64,000 bases of DNA from an uncultured Verrucomicrobiota bacterium (GTDB taxonomy: Bacteria; Verrucomicrobiota; Verrucomicrobiia; Limisphaerales; CAIMTB01). Below are positions 49,338-61,262 of the stretch, piece after piece (the stretch's first letter is position 1; every line of letters begins with the position of its first letter). Both the position numbers and the translations under genes were made by a program. The stretch spans positions 13,484-77,483 of the forward strand of contig CAYMDA010000020.1 of assembly GCA_964389135.1 (NCBI GenBank). Direction: 5' to 3'. Under the pieces are notes generated by a model. That model did no database searches, was not told where the DNA came from, and worked only from the letters and a program-made list of their open reading frames with translations.

Positions 49338-50425
49338 GCGGGGCCGGCGAGGCCGGGCCTCGGTCCTCACGAGGCGCGTGGATTCAGCCGCCGAACCGGT
49401 TCGAGGAGATCGCCTACGAGCCGGATCCGGACTCCGACATCGATCCGGCGGAGATGCTCGATCGGAAGACGCAGTATCTTCGGGACCTCTCGGTGCGCGT
49501 GGTCACCCGGAACGACAGTCCGGACATCCCGTTCCGGGTCAGCCTCAATCCCTACCGCGGGTGCGAGCACGGGTGCGCCTACTGTTACGCGCGACCGACT
49601 CACGAATACCTCGGCTTTTCGGCGGGACTCGATTTTGAGTCACGGATCCTCGTGAAGGAGAGGGCGCCCGAGCTGCTTCGGAACGAGCTCGAATCACCGG
49701 CATGGGAGCCGCAGTGGATCGCGCTGAGCGGGGTGACGGATCCCTACCAGCCCGTCGAACGCAGGCTCCAGATCACGCGGCGCTGCCTCGAGGTGCTGGC
49801 GGAGTTTCGAAACCCGGTTGGGCTGATCACCAAGAACCAGCTTGTCACGCGGGACGTGGACATCCTGCGGGAGCTGGCGCGGCACAACGCGGTGTCGGTG
49901 GCGATCTCGATCACGACGCTCGACCCGGCGCTGCGGCGGCTCCTGGAACCGCGGACCTCGCCGCCCGCCGCGCGGCTGGCGGCGGTTCGCACCCTTGCCG
50001 AGGCGGGCATCCCGGTCCGGGTGATGGCGGCGCCAATCATTCCGACGGTCAACGATCACGAGGTGGCGCCGATCCTCAGGGCGGCGCGGGAGGCGGGGGC
50101 GCGGTACGCGGGATACACCGTGCTGCGGCTGCCCCTCGCGCTGAAGGACATCTTCATGGACTGGATGGACCGGAATTTTCCCGGCCGCAGGGAGAAGCTG
50201 ATTCACCTGCTGGAGGCGACGCGCGGCGGACGGCTGAACGACCCGCGTTTCGGCGTCCGCATGCGGGGCGAGGGCTGGTGGGCCGAGCACGTCGCGGGAA
50301 TGTTCCGCGCGGCCCGTCGGAAGTACGGGTTCGAGGAGGATGAGCCGGAGCTGTCCGCGGCCGCGTTCCGGCGGCCGGGCGGCGTTCAGCTCGACCTTTT
50401 CGGGCGGCCGGCGAAGCCGGCTTGA
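49334..50425 (+). CDS. Radical SAM protein (PA0069 / SplB-like family)
   Basis: NPYRGCEHGCAYCYAR (CxxxCxxC cluster). The GTG start overlaps the upstream stop (GTGA at 49334-49337). Confidence 0.85.
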   Translation: MSGAGEAGPRSSRGAWIQPPNRFEEIAYEPDPDSDIDPAEMLDRKTQYLRDLSVRVVTRNDSPDIPFRVSLNPYRGCEHGCAYCYARPTHEYLGFSAGLDFESRILVKERAPELLRNELESPAWEPQWIALSGVTDPYQPVERRLQITRRCLEVLAEFRNPVGLITKNQLVTRDVDILRELARHNAVSVAISITTLDPALRRLLEPRTSPPAARLAAVRTLAEAGIPVRVMAAPIIPTVNDHEVAPILRAAREAGARYAGYTVLRLPLALKDIFMDWMDRNFPGRREKLIHLLEATRGGRLNDPRFGVRMRGEGWWAEHVAGMFRAARRKYGFEEDEPELSAAAFRRPGGVQLDLFGRPAKPA

Positions 50426-50456
50426 GGCCCGCCCGGCGCGGCCTTCCGCGGTGCGG

Positions 50457-51185
50457 CTACTCCGACGGGGTGACGTCCATGTCCCGGGTGTAGTAGAGGA
50501 TGCGTCCGCAGTTGGAACAGTGGACGATTTCGCGCTGCGCCTGGGTGTTGATGACGTCCTGGCGGGCGAGCTTCATGTGGCATCCGCCGCAGACGCCGCG
50601 CTGGATGCCGACGACGACGTTGCCTCCCTTGTTGCGGAGAATGCGCTCGTAGCGGGTGAGAAGGGCCGGATCGAGGGTGGCGGCGAACTCGCTGCGCGCG
50701 GTGGCTGCATTGGCGAGCTGCGCGGAAAGCCGGGCTTCCGCCTGGGCGAGCTGTTCGAGCTGGTGGTCGATGTCCGCGCGGATCCTGCTGAGCTCCTCGC
50801 CGAGGCGCCTGGCTTCCGAGTCGGCGGCCTCGATCTGCTCCATGAGCTCGAGCTGCTGATCTTCGAGGGCGCTGATCGCCTCCCTGCAGGTCTCGATCTC
50901 GTGCGCGAGCGCCTTGTATTCCTCGTTCTTGCGGGTCTGCCACTGCTGGGCGGAGTACCTGGCGATGAGCTCGCGCTTTGCCTCGGCCTCGAGCTCGAGC
51001 TTCTTCCGTTCGGTCTCCAGGCGGAGCGTGCGCTGGCGGGCGTCCTCGAACATCTTCTCGGCGGCAGCGCGCTGGTTCTGCAGACGCTCACGCTGGGGCG
51101 GGATGTCGGCGGTCTCGGCCTGCAGGCGGATGAGGCGGCGGTCGCGATCCTGCAGGACCAGAAGTTTCTCAATGGCTTCGAGCAT
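50457..51185 (-). CDS. Coiled-coil protein with a C-terminal C4 zinc ribbon (COG1579-like)
   Basis: MLEAIEKLLVLQDRDRRLIRLQ..., then a long coiled coil, then ...GVCGGCHMKL...VHCSNCGRILY. Confidence 0.75.
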   Translation of the reverse strand: MLEAIEKLLVLQDRDRRLIRLQAETADIPPQRERLQNQRAAAEKMFEDARQRTLRLETERKKLELEAEAKRELIARYSAQQWQTRKNEEYKALAHEIETCREAISALEDQQLELMEQIEAADSEARRLGEELSRIRADIDHQLEQLAQAEARLSAQLANAATARSEFAATLDPALLTRYERILRNKGGNVVVGIQRGVCGGCHMKLARQDVINTQAQREIVHCSNCGRILYYTRDMDVTPSE

Positions 51186-51292
51186 TCCCGTGGAGCAAGT
51201 GAAGGGTCACGCTATCGGCGCATGGGAAGCCAAGTCAACCCGAGGCAAGGCGGGCTTTGCCTGCGGACAAGGGGGGTGCTAGAGAAGGAACC

Positions 51293-52819
51293 ATGCTGAC
51301 AGCATCACGCGTTCGCTGGCTCACGGTCGGTCTCTTGTGCTGGCGGCTGGGGGCGGCGGGCGCGGTCCCGCCGGAGATCTCGGACATCGACCTCGCGCGT
51401 CGGCTGAACGACGCCTTCGCGCAGGTGGCGGAATCGGTCTCACGGGTGGTCGTGGTGGTGCGGGTATGGTCGAAGGCGAGTCCGCAGGAGACGGAGGAGT
51501 ACGGCGAACTGTTCCAGTTTCTTCCCGAGGAGCTGCGGGAACGTTTCGAGCGCGAATGGCGGCGCCGGCAGGACCAGCCGAGGTTCGACCAGGGATCGGG
51601 TGTCATCATCCGCGAGGACGGCTACATCCTGACCAACGCCCATGTCGTCGAGAACGCCGAGCGCATCGAGATCCGGCTTCGCGACGGGCGGCGCCTGCGG
51701 GCCGAGGTGCGCGGCGTGGACACCGACTCGGACCTTGCCGTGCTCAAGGTGGAGGAGACCGGACTGCCCGCCGCGAAGCTCGGCGAGTCCGCGAAGGTGC
51801 GCGTCGGCGAGTTCGCCATCGCGATCGGGGCCCCGTTCGAGTTCGAGTACAGCGTCACCTTCGGGCACGTGAGCGGGACCGGGCGGCGCGTGGTGTCGGA
51901 CTTCCGGATGATGGACCAGGACTTCATTCAGACCGACGCCAGCATCAACCCGGGGAACAGCGGCGGCCCGCTCGTGAACATCGAGGGCGAGGTGATCGGG
52001 ATCAACACGATGATCCGCGGCCTGAACACCGGCATCGGGTTCGCCGTGCCGATCGACCTTGCTCGCGAGGTGGCCGACCGGCTGATCGAGCACGGCCGGT
52101 TCACGCGCGCGTGGCTCGGCATCGAGATCGACAATGCGGCGGGCAGGCCCGGTGTCACGGATGTCACGGAGGGCGTCGTGGTGCTCGGGATCCGGCGGGA
52201 CGGTCCCTCATGGGAATCAGGCCTGAAGCGCTTCGACGTGATCGTCGATGTGGGGGGCGTCCCGGTCCGGAACGTGGCGGAGCTCAAGCGTCACATCAGC
52301 CGCCGACCTGTCGGCAAGCCGGTGACCCTGCAGGTTTACCGCGCGGGCGAGAGGGTGGAAGTGACGGTCACCCCCGGCGAACTGCCATCCGATCGGCTCG
52401 TCGCGATGGGCATCACACGTCCGCGCGTGAGCGAGGAGCGCAGGGCGGATGCGCTCGGGCTGGTCGTGTCGGAACTGGATGCGGACGCCGCCGCGCGGCT
52501 CGGGATCGAGAAGGGGTCGGCGGTGTTGATCGAGGACGTGAAGAAGGGGAGCGTGGCGGAGCGGCTCGGGATCCGGCCGGGCGAGGCCGTCGCGAAGCTG
52601 GACCGGAGGGGCACGCCCTCCCTGGAGGAGTACCGGTCGGCGCTCGAGAAGGCGGACCTCGCGGAGGGCGTGAGCATCGAGATCGTGGGGGAGGAGGGCC
52701 GGCGGTATGAGATCCTGAGGGTGGAGCGGGAGCCCGACGCCGGGTCGGAGCCGGAGGAGGCCGGGGAGCCCCGCACGGAGGAGAGGGAAGCGCCGGCGCC
52801 GACGGGCGGGAATTCCTGA
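51293..52819 (+). CDS. HtrA/DegP-family periplasmic serine endoprotease with PDZ domains
   Basis: Internal ATG at 51293 is preceded by GAAGGAA. Catalytic triad contexts TNAHVV, DSDLAVLKV and GNSGGPLVN. Two PDZ-like segments downstream. Confidence 0.9.
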   Translation: MLTASRVRWLTVGLLCWRLGAAGAVPPEISDIDLARRLNDAFAQVAESVSRVVVVVRVWSKASPQETEEYGELFQFLPEELRERFEREWRRRQDQPRFDQGSGVIIREDGYILTNAHVVENAERIEIRLRDGRRLRAEVRGVDTDSDLAVLKVEETGLPAAKLGESAKVRVGEFAIAIGAPFEFEYSVTFGHVSGTGRRVVSDFRMMDQDFIQTDASINPGNSGGPLVNIEGEVIGINTMIRGLNTGIGFAVPIDLAREVADRLIEHGRFTRAWLGIEIDNAAGRPGVTDVTEGVVVLGIRRDGPSWESGLKRFDVIVDVGGVPVRNVAELKRHISRRPVGKPVTLQVYRAGERVEVTVTPGELPSDRLVAMGITRPRVSEERRADALGLVVSELDADAAARLGIEKGSAVLIEDVKKGSVAERLGIRPGEAVAKLDRRGTPSLEEYRSALEKADLAEGVSIEIVGEEGRRYEILRVEREPDAGSEPEEAGEPRTEEREAPAPTGGNS

Positions 52820-52831
52820 GACGGGCCGCCT

Positions 52832-53721
<890 letters not shown>

Positions 53722-53725
<4 letters not shown>

Positions 53726-56190
53726 GGGAACTCCGGGGGTCCGGCCGGGGAGGGAAGATGATGGAACCAGCGGGCGGAGAGCTCGTCCGAGACGGCGGCG
53801 AACCCCTGGCGCCAGCGCTGCAGGCGCTCGAGCCAGACGCGGGTGCCGCCCATGAGCACGCGCGCATGCGGGGGCGGCTGGGGGATGCCCGCGACCTCGC
53901 ACTGGATGCCCGAGAGACGACGGACTTCGGGGGATGTGCGGGGCGTGCCGAGCTCCTCGATGTGGTCGATGATGCGCGGAATCTGCGAGGCAAGGGAGCG
54001 GGGATTCGTCTCGTCGCGGACGAGGAGATCGAAAATTGCCGGCAGTCGGGGCGGACCGATGACGTCGCGCGGGAACGCGGACGTGGATTCGGTGATTTCG
54101 AGGAGCGGCTCCAGCAGCAGATGCGGCCTGTCGTTCACCGAGGGAATCGCGGCGAGCAGGGAGATTGTATGCATCACGCGTTCCAGGCGCGAGCCGATCT
54201 CGAGCAGGTGCCTTGCCGGGCCGGAGTCCATTGAGTCGGCGAGGCAACCGCGCAGTGCGGCGAGTTTCAGCGCGAGCGCGTCGATGCCCGGGAGGGAAGC
54301 CTCGTCAGGGATGACTTCGCGGAGGCGCTGGAGGATGCGCCATATGCGCGGCGGAAGCTCTCCGATTTGCGCCTTCGAGGCTTCAAGGCAGCAGCGGGTC
54401 AGGTCCTCGAGGCACCCCGCGGGCCCCGACAGGATCCGGGCGAGCTCGCGGGGAAGCGAGGTTCCCGGCGGGAGCTGCGGCGGGAGGAGGCACAGTTGCC
54501 GGAGGAGTTCGGCGAAGGGCGTGGACTCCGGATGGGGATCGTCCGGGACCTGCAGGGCCGCCGACCGCAGAACGCGCAGGAGTCCGTCGAGCCTCTCGAG
54601 GTAGCGCCCGAGCCAGAACTGGTTCTCGGCCGCCCGGCTCAGGAGCTCGCGCGGCACCTGCGGGCATGGGGATGCCGGATCACCTGAGTCACCGGTCATG
54701 CCGGGCGGCAGCGGATGGGCCGCGATGATCCATGTGTCCTTCTGATCCGACTCCCGATCGAGCGGCGCCGAAATCTCGCCATGGGACGACGCGATGACCG
54801 CGATGCCGCCGGGGAGCACCGCCGCATCATGCGGCCCCTGTGCCGTGAAGGTCTGCAGGAGCACGGCCCGCGGCTCGAGGCGCCCATCCACCCAGACGGG
54901 CGCCGTGGAGAATCCCTCGCGCTGGCGCGCGACAAAGGAGCGTGGACTGGCGCGAATCGCATCCGCCAGCCGGTCGAGCTTCCGCGGGTCCGGGGAGGGG
55001 GCGCCGTTGCGGGGGCCGGCTTCGGCGCCGAACGCGGGGAGCACCGTGAGCGCCCCCAGATGGTCGAGGACGTGGCGAAGCCCGGCGGGTTCGCCGCACC
55101 ACCAGGCCGGTGCCGCCGGGAGCATGAGTTCCTCGCCGAGGAGGCGCCGGCAGATCGCGGGGAGGAACACGGCCCACGCCGCCGCCTCGAGCACGGCCGT
55201 TCCGGGGGCGTTGGCGATGACCACGTTGCCGGCGCGCGCGCACTCCAGGAGACCCGGGACGCCGTCCGGCGAATCGTCGCATGTCTCCAGCGGATCCAGT
55301 GACCTGTCCTCACAGAAGCGCAGGACGAAGTGCACCGGCCGCAGTCCCCCCATGCACTTCAGGTACAGCGCGCGGCCCCGGACGGTAAGGTCCCGGGGCT
55401 CGGCCGTGCGGATTCCCAGCCGGCGCGCGAAGGATGCAAGGTTCGGGCCCTGGGATCCGGGCGCCAGGAGGATCATGTCGGACCGGCTGGAGCCCTCCGG
55501 CGCAAGCTCCGCGAGGAAGGCGGCGTGGCGTTCGTGGAACGTGGCGACTTCCCGGACGTTGGCGCGCCGGAAGTCGTCGCCGAACGCCCGTGCCATGACG
55601 GCGCGGTTCTCCCACGGGCACGCGAGGGCGCCGGGGAACTGCGTGGCGTCGGCGAGCACGCGCCATGTTCCGTCCGCGCCCCGGGCGAGGGTGCAGGCGT
55701 GGAGGTGGAGGCGAACCGAGGCGCGCAATCCGCGGCAGGCCCGCCGGTAGCCGGAATTCGCATGGACGAGGTCTGCGGGGATGAGTCCCTCGCGGAGGAG
55801 CCGCTGGGTGCCGCGGTAGAGGTCGTCGAGGATCAGCTCGAACAGGCGCGCGCGCTGGCGGAGGCCGGCCTCGAGGTGGCTCCATTCGGAGGCGGAGAGG
55901 ACGAGCGGAACGGGGTCGAGCCGTCGCGGGCGTGCGCCCGCGGCGAGGGGATGGGGCGGCTCCCGGCGGGGGAGAAGGCGCTGGATGGCCGCGGAGCGGG
56001 ATCGGAGGCCCGACGCGCCGAGGAGCTCGAGCCGCCTTGCCACCGGGCTGCACTGCGGGCGCACTTCGCCGGTGGTGGTCAGCCACTCGTCCCATGTCCC
56101 GCGGGCGGGGAGGTAGTACGGGAAGCCGGTTGCGCCGGCGGAGACGCTCCCGGGATCGGCAGTCATGGGACGGGCGGTGGAGGAACGCAC
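53722..56190 (-). CDS. Fusion of a circularly permuted ATP-grasp domain and an alpha-E domain
   Basis: The N-terminal half is paralogous to 57204..58709 (LSASEWSHLEAGLRQRARLFELILDDLY / NAPGTAVLEAAAW...GEELMLPAAPAWWC). The C-terminal half is paralogous to 56215..57210 (LLSRAAENQFWLGRYLERLDG). The start may be 56190 or 56166. Confidence 0.8.
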
Positions 56191-56214
56191 GCCGTCACCG
56201 CGGCCGCGCGGGGC

Positions 56215-57210
56215 TCACTGGGACGCGCGGGCATGGAGGTGGACGGGCGCCGTCATGGCGGCGGGCGCATGGATCGCGAAGAACTCTTCGTGAATGCTGT
56301 TGCCCACGCGGTTCAGGCGGGACTGGAGGTCGTCGAGGTACTCGTGCAGGCCGGCGGCGATGATCTCGTCCACGCGCGTGTAGCAGAGGTCGGAACAGAT
56401 CTGGCCGAGGAGCCGTTCGGAACTGCGGGTGAAGGTCCCCGGGGGCGTCTCGGTGATCGCATGGAGGGAATCGCGGGCGGCGAGCAGGCAGAACTGCACG
56501 GCGCGGGGGAAGGTGCGATCCATGAGGAGGAAATCGACGACGTGCCTCGGGGAGATGCGCCCGTGGCGCTGGCGGTATGTCTCGAGGGCGCTCGCCGAGC
56601 GGAGAACGGCGGCCCACTGGATGTCGTCGAAGGGCGTGCCGACGTCGCTCGCGGAGCGAAGGAGCAGGAAGTACTTCACGTCGAGGATGCGCGAGGTCTT
56701 GTCGGCGCGCTCGAGCATGCGACCCATGCGGAGGAAGTGCCATGCCTCGCCCCGGTTCATCGTGGCCTCGGCGATCCCGTGGAAGAGGTGGTTGGCGTTC
56801 TTGACGCTGACGAAGAAGTCGTGGGACGGCGCGGACGCGTCGGGCCCGGAGGCGGCCCCGGTCACCATGAGATGGAACTTGTTGAGCTGAAGCCACATCT
56901 CCGAGGAGATGACCTCCCGGATGGTGCGCGCGTTCTCGCGCGCGGCGCGGATGCAGGAGCGGATGGAGTTGGGGTTCTCGGCGTCGAACGCGAGGAAGTG
57001 AATGACGGCCTCCTGCGTGGGCTGTCCGTACCGGCGGGCGAATTCCGCGTCGTCGCCCGTGATCTGGACGAGCGGCGCCCACTGGTGGTCCCCGACCCCG
57101 GGGGCATCCAGCATGAGGTTGAGGTTGACCTCGATGAACCGGGCGACGTTCTCGGCGCGCTCCGCATAGCGGCTCATCCAGTAGATGGACTCGGCGACGC
57201 GACTCAGCAT
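56215..57210 (-). CDS. Alpha-E domain-containing protein
   Basis: Internal ATG at 57210 ([30 protein letters not shown]...). The start overlaps the upstream stop by 7 nt (57204-57210). Confidence 0.85.
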   Translation of the reverse strand: MLSRVAESIYWMSRYAERAENVARFIEVNLNLMLDAPGVGDHQWAPLVQITGDDAEFARRYGQPTQEAVIHFLAFDAENPNSIRSCIRAARENARTIREVISSEMWLQLNKFHLMVTGAASGPDASAPSHDFFVSVKNANHLFHGIAEATMNRGEAWHFLRMGRMLERADKTSRILDVKYFLLLRSASDVGTPFDDIQWAAVLRSASALETYRQRHGRISPRHVVDFLLMDRTFPRAVQFCLLAARDSLHAITETPPGTFTRSSERLLGQICSDLCYTRVDEIIAAGLHEYLDDLQSRLNRVGNSIHEEFFAIHAPAAMTAPVHLHARASQ

Positions 57211-58709
57211 GGCACGGCGGATTTCGCGGGGGTCAGGTCGGCGGCGGGCGTCGGGTCGCCCTCCTCGGGGAGGGGGCTCTCGGCGAGCACCCATGTGTCC
57301 TTGCTGCCTCCGCCCTGGGACGAATTCACGACGAGGGAATCCTTGCGGAGGGCGACGCGCGTCAGCCCGCCGGGGAGCACGAAGATGTCGCGGCCATACA
57401 GGACATAGGGTCGGAGATCCACATGCCGGCCCTCGAGGCGGCCGTTCACGAGGGTGGGCACCCTCGAGAGCGAAAGCGTTGGCTGGGCGATGTAATCGCG
57501 CGGGTTCGCGCGGATGCGCGCCGCGAAGTCGGCGCGTTCGCCCGCGCTCGCGTGGGGGCCGATCAGCATGCCGTACCCGCCCGACTGGTGGGTGGATTTG
57601 ACGACCAGCTCGTGGAGATGCTCGAGCACGTAGGAAAGGTCCTCCGGGACCGAGCAGAGCCACGTGGGCACGTTCGGGAGGATCAGTTCCTCGCCCATAT
57701 AGTACTTCACGATGCGCGGGACCCACGCGTACACGGCCTTGTCGTCGGCGATGCCCACCCCGGGCGCGTTGGCGAGGGCCACGTTGCCGGCCTTGCAGAC
57801 CTCCATGAGCCCGCGGACGCCGAGGAGTGAGTCGGGGCGGAAGCAGTCCGGATCGAGGAAGTCATCGTCGATCCTGCGGTAGATGACGTCCACGCGCTCG
57901 AGGCCGCGCGTGGTGCGCATGCAGACGTACCCGTTCTGGACCACGAGGTCGCGGCCCTCGACGAGGTCCGCGCCCATCTGCTGCGCGAGGAAGGAGTGCT
58001 CGAAGTAGGCGGAATTGCAGATGCCCGGCGTGAGCACGACACAGCGGGGGGAAAGGACGTCGTCGGGCGCGAGGTATTCGAGCAGGTCACGGAGGCGGCC
58101 GGGATAGTCGGCGACCGGCCGGATGCGCGATGAGGCGAAGATCTGCGGGAACATGCTCTTCATCACCGCGCGATTCTCGAGCACGTAGGAGACGCCGGAC
58201 GGACACCGGAGATTGTCCTCCAGCACGAGGATCTGGCCGTCGCGATGGCGGACGAGGTCGGTGCCGGTGATGTGGCACCAGATGCCCCGGGGCGGGTCGA
58301 ATCCCATGCACTGGGGGCGGTAGGCCTTGGACGAAAGGACGATGTCGGCCGGGACGACGCCGTCCTTCAGGATGCGCTGTTCATGGTAGATGTCGTCGAT
58401 GAACAGGTTGAGCGCGTGGATGCGCTGCCGGAGCCCGCGTTCGATGCGTGCCCATTCGGTGGCGCTGACGATCCGGGGGATGAGGTCGAAGGGCAGGATG
58501 TGTTCGGTTCCGCCGTCGTTGCCGTACACGTTGAACGTGATGCCCATCTGGAGGAGGGCGAGTTCGGCGGCGCGCTGGCGGCTGGAGAGTTCCCCGTCCG
58601 GGAGCGCTTCCATGTTTCGGACGAGCGTGCGTGCGCAGGCGCGGGGTTCGCCGGTTTCGCTGAACATCTCGTCGAAGAAGTCCGCGGTGTCGTAATGATC
58701 GAATCGCAT
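57204..58709 (-). CDS. Circularly permuted type-2 ATP-grasp protein
   Basis: Internal ATG at 58709 ([18 protein letters not shown]...). ...[38 protein letters not shown]...[20 protein letters not shown]...GGLTRVAL..., as in COG2308-type proteins. Confidence 0.9.
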   Translation of the reverse strand: MRFDHYDTADFFDEMFSETGEPRACARTLVRNMEALPDGELSSRQRAAELALLQMGITFNVYGNDGGTEHILPFDLIPRIVSATEWARIERGLRQRIHALNLFIDDIYHEQRILKDGVVPADIVLSSKAYRPQCMGFDPPRGIWCHITGTDLVRHRDGQILVLEDNLRCPSGVSYVLENRAVMKSMFPQIFASSRIRPVADYPGRLRDLLEYLAPDDVLSPRCVVLTPGICNSAYFEHSFLAQQMGADLVEGRDLVVQNGYVCMRTTRGLERVDVIYRRIDDDFLDPDCFRPDSLLGVRGLMEVCKAGNVALANAPGVGIADDKAVYAWVPRIVKYYMGEELILPNVPTWLCSVPEDLSYVLEHLHELVVKSTHQSGGYGMLIGPHASAGERADFAARIRANPRDYIAQPTLSLSRVPTLVNGRLEGRHVDLRPYVLYGRDIFVLPGGLTRVALRKDSLVVNSSQGGGSKDTWVLAESPLPEEGDPTPAADLTPAKSAVPC

Positions 58710-59034
58710 GGCATGCGCGCGACCGCGCGTGACGCGGCCGCGATGGACTGGACGGCGGCCTCGAAGCATCCGGGGTGCCAGTGGGGCGGATCCCTCGATT
58801 CCACTGCATGAGCGGCAGGCATGCGCGCCATGCGCGGCGGTGCGCTGTCCGAATCGAGCCGCGCTGCGCATTTTGATGCACCGCCGGGTCAATCCGGTAC
58901 CGGGGCCGGTGGGGGAAGGCCTTCTGCGGCGGCCGCGGCGCCCGTGACGGGCCCCGGCGCGCCGGGACGGGGGGGCGCCCGGACGCATGTTGCCGATTGC
59001 GGCGTGGGGTGCCGTGGGTTAGACAGCCCGGGCC

Positions 59035-60087
59035 ATGCGGTTCATTGCGGGCGTCATCGACAAGCTTCAGCGTCATCCCAAGCGGATTGTGTTCCCCGAG
59101 GGCACGGAGCCGCGGGTGCTGCTTGCGGCGCGACAGTTCCACTCCCTGAAGCTCGGGGTGCCGATCCTTCTGGGGGATCGCAGTCGCGTGAAGGCACTTG
59201 CGGAGAGTCTGAACGTCTCGCTGGAGGGAATCCGCATCATCGACCCGGAGCGGAGCGACGACCTTCCGGCCTACGTGGCGCGGTACGAACGGCTGCGGCG
59301 GCTGAAGGGCATCGACGAGCGCGAGGCGCGGAACATCATTCTGAAGCCGAATTTCTTCGGCGCGATGATGGTGGCGATGCACGGGGCCGACGGGTTCGTT
59401 TCGGGCGCGAGCGAGGCGAGCGGCAGCGTGCTGCGCCCGCTGTTCCAGATCATCAAGGTTGCGCCGAGGGCGACGACGGCCTCGAGCTGCATGATCATCG
59501 AGGTGCCGGACTCCCGGTTCGGCGAAGGCGGCGTGATGTTCCTCGCGGACTGCGGCGTGATCCCGGAGCCCTCGGTGGAGCAACTGGCGGAGATCGCGCT
59601 GTCCACCGCGCAGCTCGCGAGGCAGATGCTCGGCACGCGTCCGCGGGTGGCGATGCTCTCCTTCTCGACGAAGTCGAGCTCGCACCACCCGGCCGTGGGC
59701 AAGGTCGTGGCCGCGACGGCGCTCGCGCAGCAGAAGGCGCGGGAGGCCCGGATGGAGGTGGACATCGACGGCGAACTCCAGGTGGACGCGGCCTTGATCC
59801 CGGAGATCGCCGCGCGGAAGCTTCCGGACAGCCGGGTGGCGGGCCGGGCCAACGTGCTGATCTTCCCGGACCTGAACTCGGGCAACATCGCCAGCAAGAT
59901 GGTGCAGCACATCGCACGCGGGAACGCGTACGGACAGATCCTGCTCGGAATGGATCGGCCGGCCGCGGATCTGTCCCGCGGATCCAACGCGCATGACATC
60001 CTCGGAGTGGCCGCCATCGTGGGCCTGCAGTCGATCGAGTACGCCAATCTTTATCCCGAGGCGGGCAGGAAGCTTCCCGGGGACTGA
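59035..60087 (+). CDS. pta: Phosphate acetyltransferase, catalytic PTA_PTB domain only
   Basis: ...RIVFPEGTEPRVLLAA...GADGFVSGA...ANVLIFPDLNSGNIASKMVQ... is collinear with the C-terminal catalytic domain of Pta (and with short Pta forms). Confidence 0.9.
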   Translation: MRFIAGVIDKLQRHPKRIVFPEGTEPRVLLAARQFHSLKLGVPILLGDRSRVKALAESLNVSLEGIRIIDPERSDDLPAYVARYERLRRLKGIDEREARNIILKPNFFGAMMVAMHGADGFVSGASEASGSVLRPLFQIIKVAPRATTASSCMIIEVPDSRFGEGGVMFLADCGVIPEPSVEQLAEIALSTAQLARQMLGTRPRVAMLSFSTKSSSHHPAVGKVVAATALAQQKAREARMEVDIDGELQVDAALIPEIAARKLPDSRVAGRANVLIFPDLNSGNIASKMVQHIARGNAYGQILLGMDRPAADLSRGSNAHDILGVAAIVGLQSIEYANLYPEAGRKLPGD

Positions 60088-60096
60088 TCATCCGCA

Positions 60097-61200
60097 ATGC
60101 CAAGGAACCGAGTGACCCCGCGGATCTTCCTTGCCGCGACCCGGATGAACGACGGGAAGACGACGACCGCGCTCGGTCTCCTGTCGGCACTGCAGCAGCA
60201 TCATCCGCGGATCGGATACATCAAGCCGGTCGGCCAGCGTTTCGTCGAAGTCGAGGAGCAGAAGATCGACGAGGATTCCCTGCTCATGCAGCGGGTGTAC
60301 CAGATCGAGACCCCGCTGCTCGACATGAGCCCGATCGCCGTCGAGCCCGACTTCACGCGCCGCTACCTCGAGAGCTCCAACAACGAGATCCTCGTGCGCC
60401 GCATCGAGAAGGCGTTCGATCGCGTCGCGTGGGAGAAGGATTTCGTGCTGTGCGAGGGCACCGGGCATGCCGGCGTCGGGTCCGTATTCGATCTTTCGAA
60501 TGCGACGGTGGCCCGCCTGCTCGAGAGCAAGGTCGTCGTGGTGACCCAGGGCGGGATCGGGCGGCCGATCGACGAGCTGGCGATGAACCAGGCGCTCTTC
60601 GAGCGCGAGGGCGTCCAGATCATCGGCGTGATCCTGAACAAGGTGCTGCCCCAGAAGATGGAGCAGATCACGGAGTTCGTCAGGCGCGGCCTCAAGCGGC
60701 GCGGGCTGGAACTGCTCGGCGTCATCCCGCACCAGCCGCTGCTTTCCAGCCCGACGATGGCGGCGATCCGGGACGAGCTCGACGCCGAATGGCTGAACGC
60801 GAGCACCGACGTCAACAACATCGTGGAGCGCGTCGTGGTGGGGGCGATGAGCGTCCACAACGCCATGCACTACTTCACGCCGGGCGCGCTCGTGATCACG
60901 CCCGGGGATCGCGAGGACATCCTGCTGGCGGCCGGCGCCTCGCTGAACCGCTCGGACGTTCCGGGTGCGCTCGCCGGCATCATCCTCACCGACAAGATCC
61001 GGCCGTCCACGGCGGTGATGAGGATCGTGCGTGAACTGCCGTATCCCGTGCTGCTGGCGGAGGGAGACAGCTACGAGGTCGCCTCGCGCGTCCACGATCT
61101 CACGGTCAAGACCCGCCCGGCCGACACGCGCAAGATCCAGATGATCCGCGACCTTGTTTCCGCGCACGTGGACGTGCGCGCCATTCTCAACATGCTCTAG
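60097..61200 (+). CDS. Stand-alone Pta N-terminal-like protein (DTB-synthetase-like P-loop domain plus DRTGG domain)
   Basis: IFLAATRMNDGKTTTALGL (P-loop-like), CEGTGHAGVGSV, and a later DRTGG-type segment ...ALVITPGDREDILLAA... Starts 9 nt after the pta stop. Confidence 0.75.
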   Translation: MPRNRVTPRIFLAATRMNDGKTTTALGLLSALQQHHPRIGYIKPVGQRFVEVEEQKIDEDSLLMQRVYQIETPLLDMSPIAVEPDFTRRYLESSNNEILVRRIEKAFDRVAWEKDFVLCEGTGHAGVGSVFDLSNATVARLLESKVVVVTQGGIGRPIDELAMNQALFEREGVQIIGVILNKVLPQKMEQITEFVRRGLKRRGLELLGVIPHQPLLSSPTMAAIRDELDAEWLNASTDVNNIVERVVVGAMSVHNAMHYFTPGALVITPGDREDILLAAGASLNRSDVPGALAGIILTDKIRPSTAVMRIVRELPYPVLLAEGDSYEVASRVHDLTVKTRPADTRKIQMIRDLVSAHVDVRAILNML

Positions 61201-61262
61201 ACGCGTGGCGCGCCGGCCCGCCCCCTCCCGACGGGCCGGCCCTCCCGGCGTCATCCATCCCC

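Noticed and set aside
55330-59994. Long ORFs 55330..57408 (+), 58381..59994 (-) and 58821..59996 (+) over the ATP-grasp cluster, its upstream spacer and pta.
   Set aside because: Compositionally biased shadows. The accepted frames show paralogous ATP-grasp/alpha-E blocks and the Pta catalytic domain.
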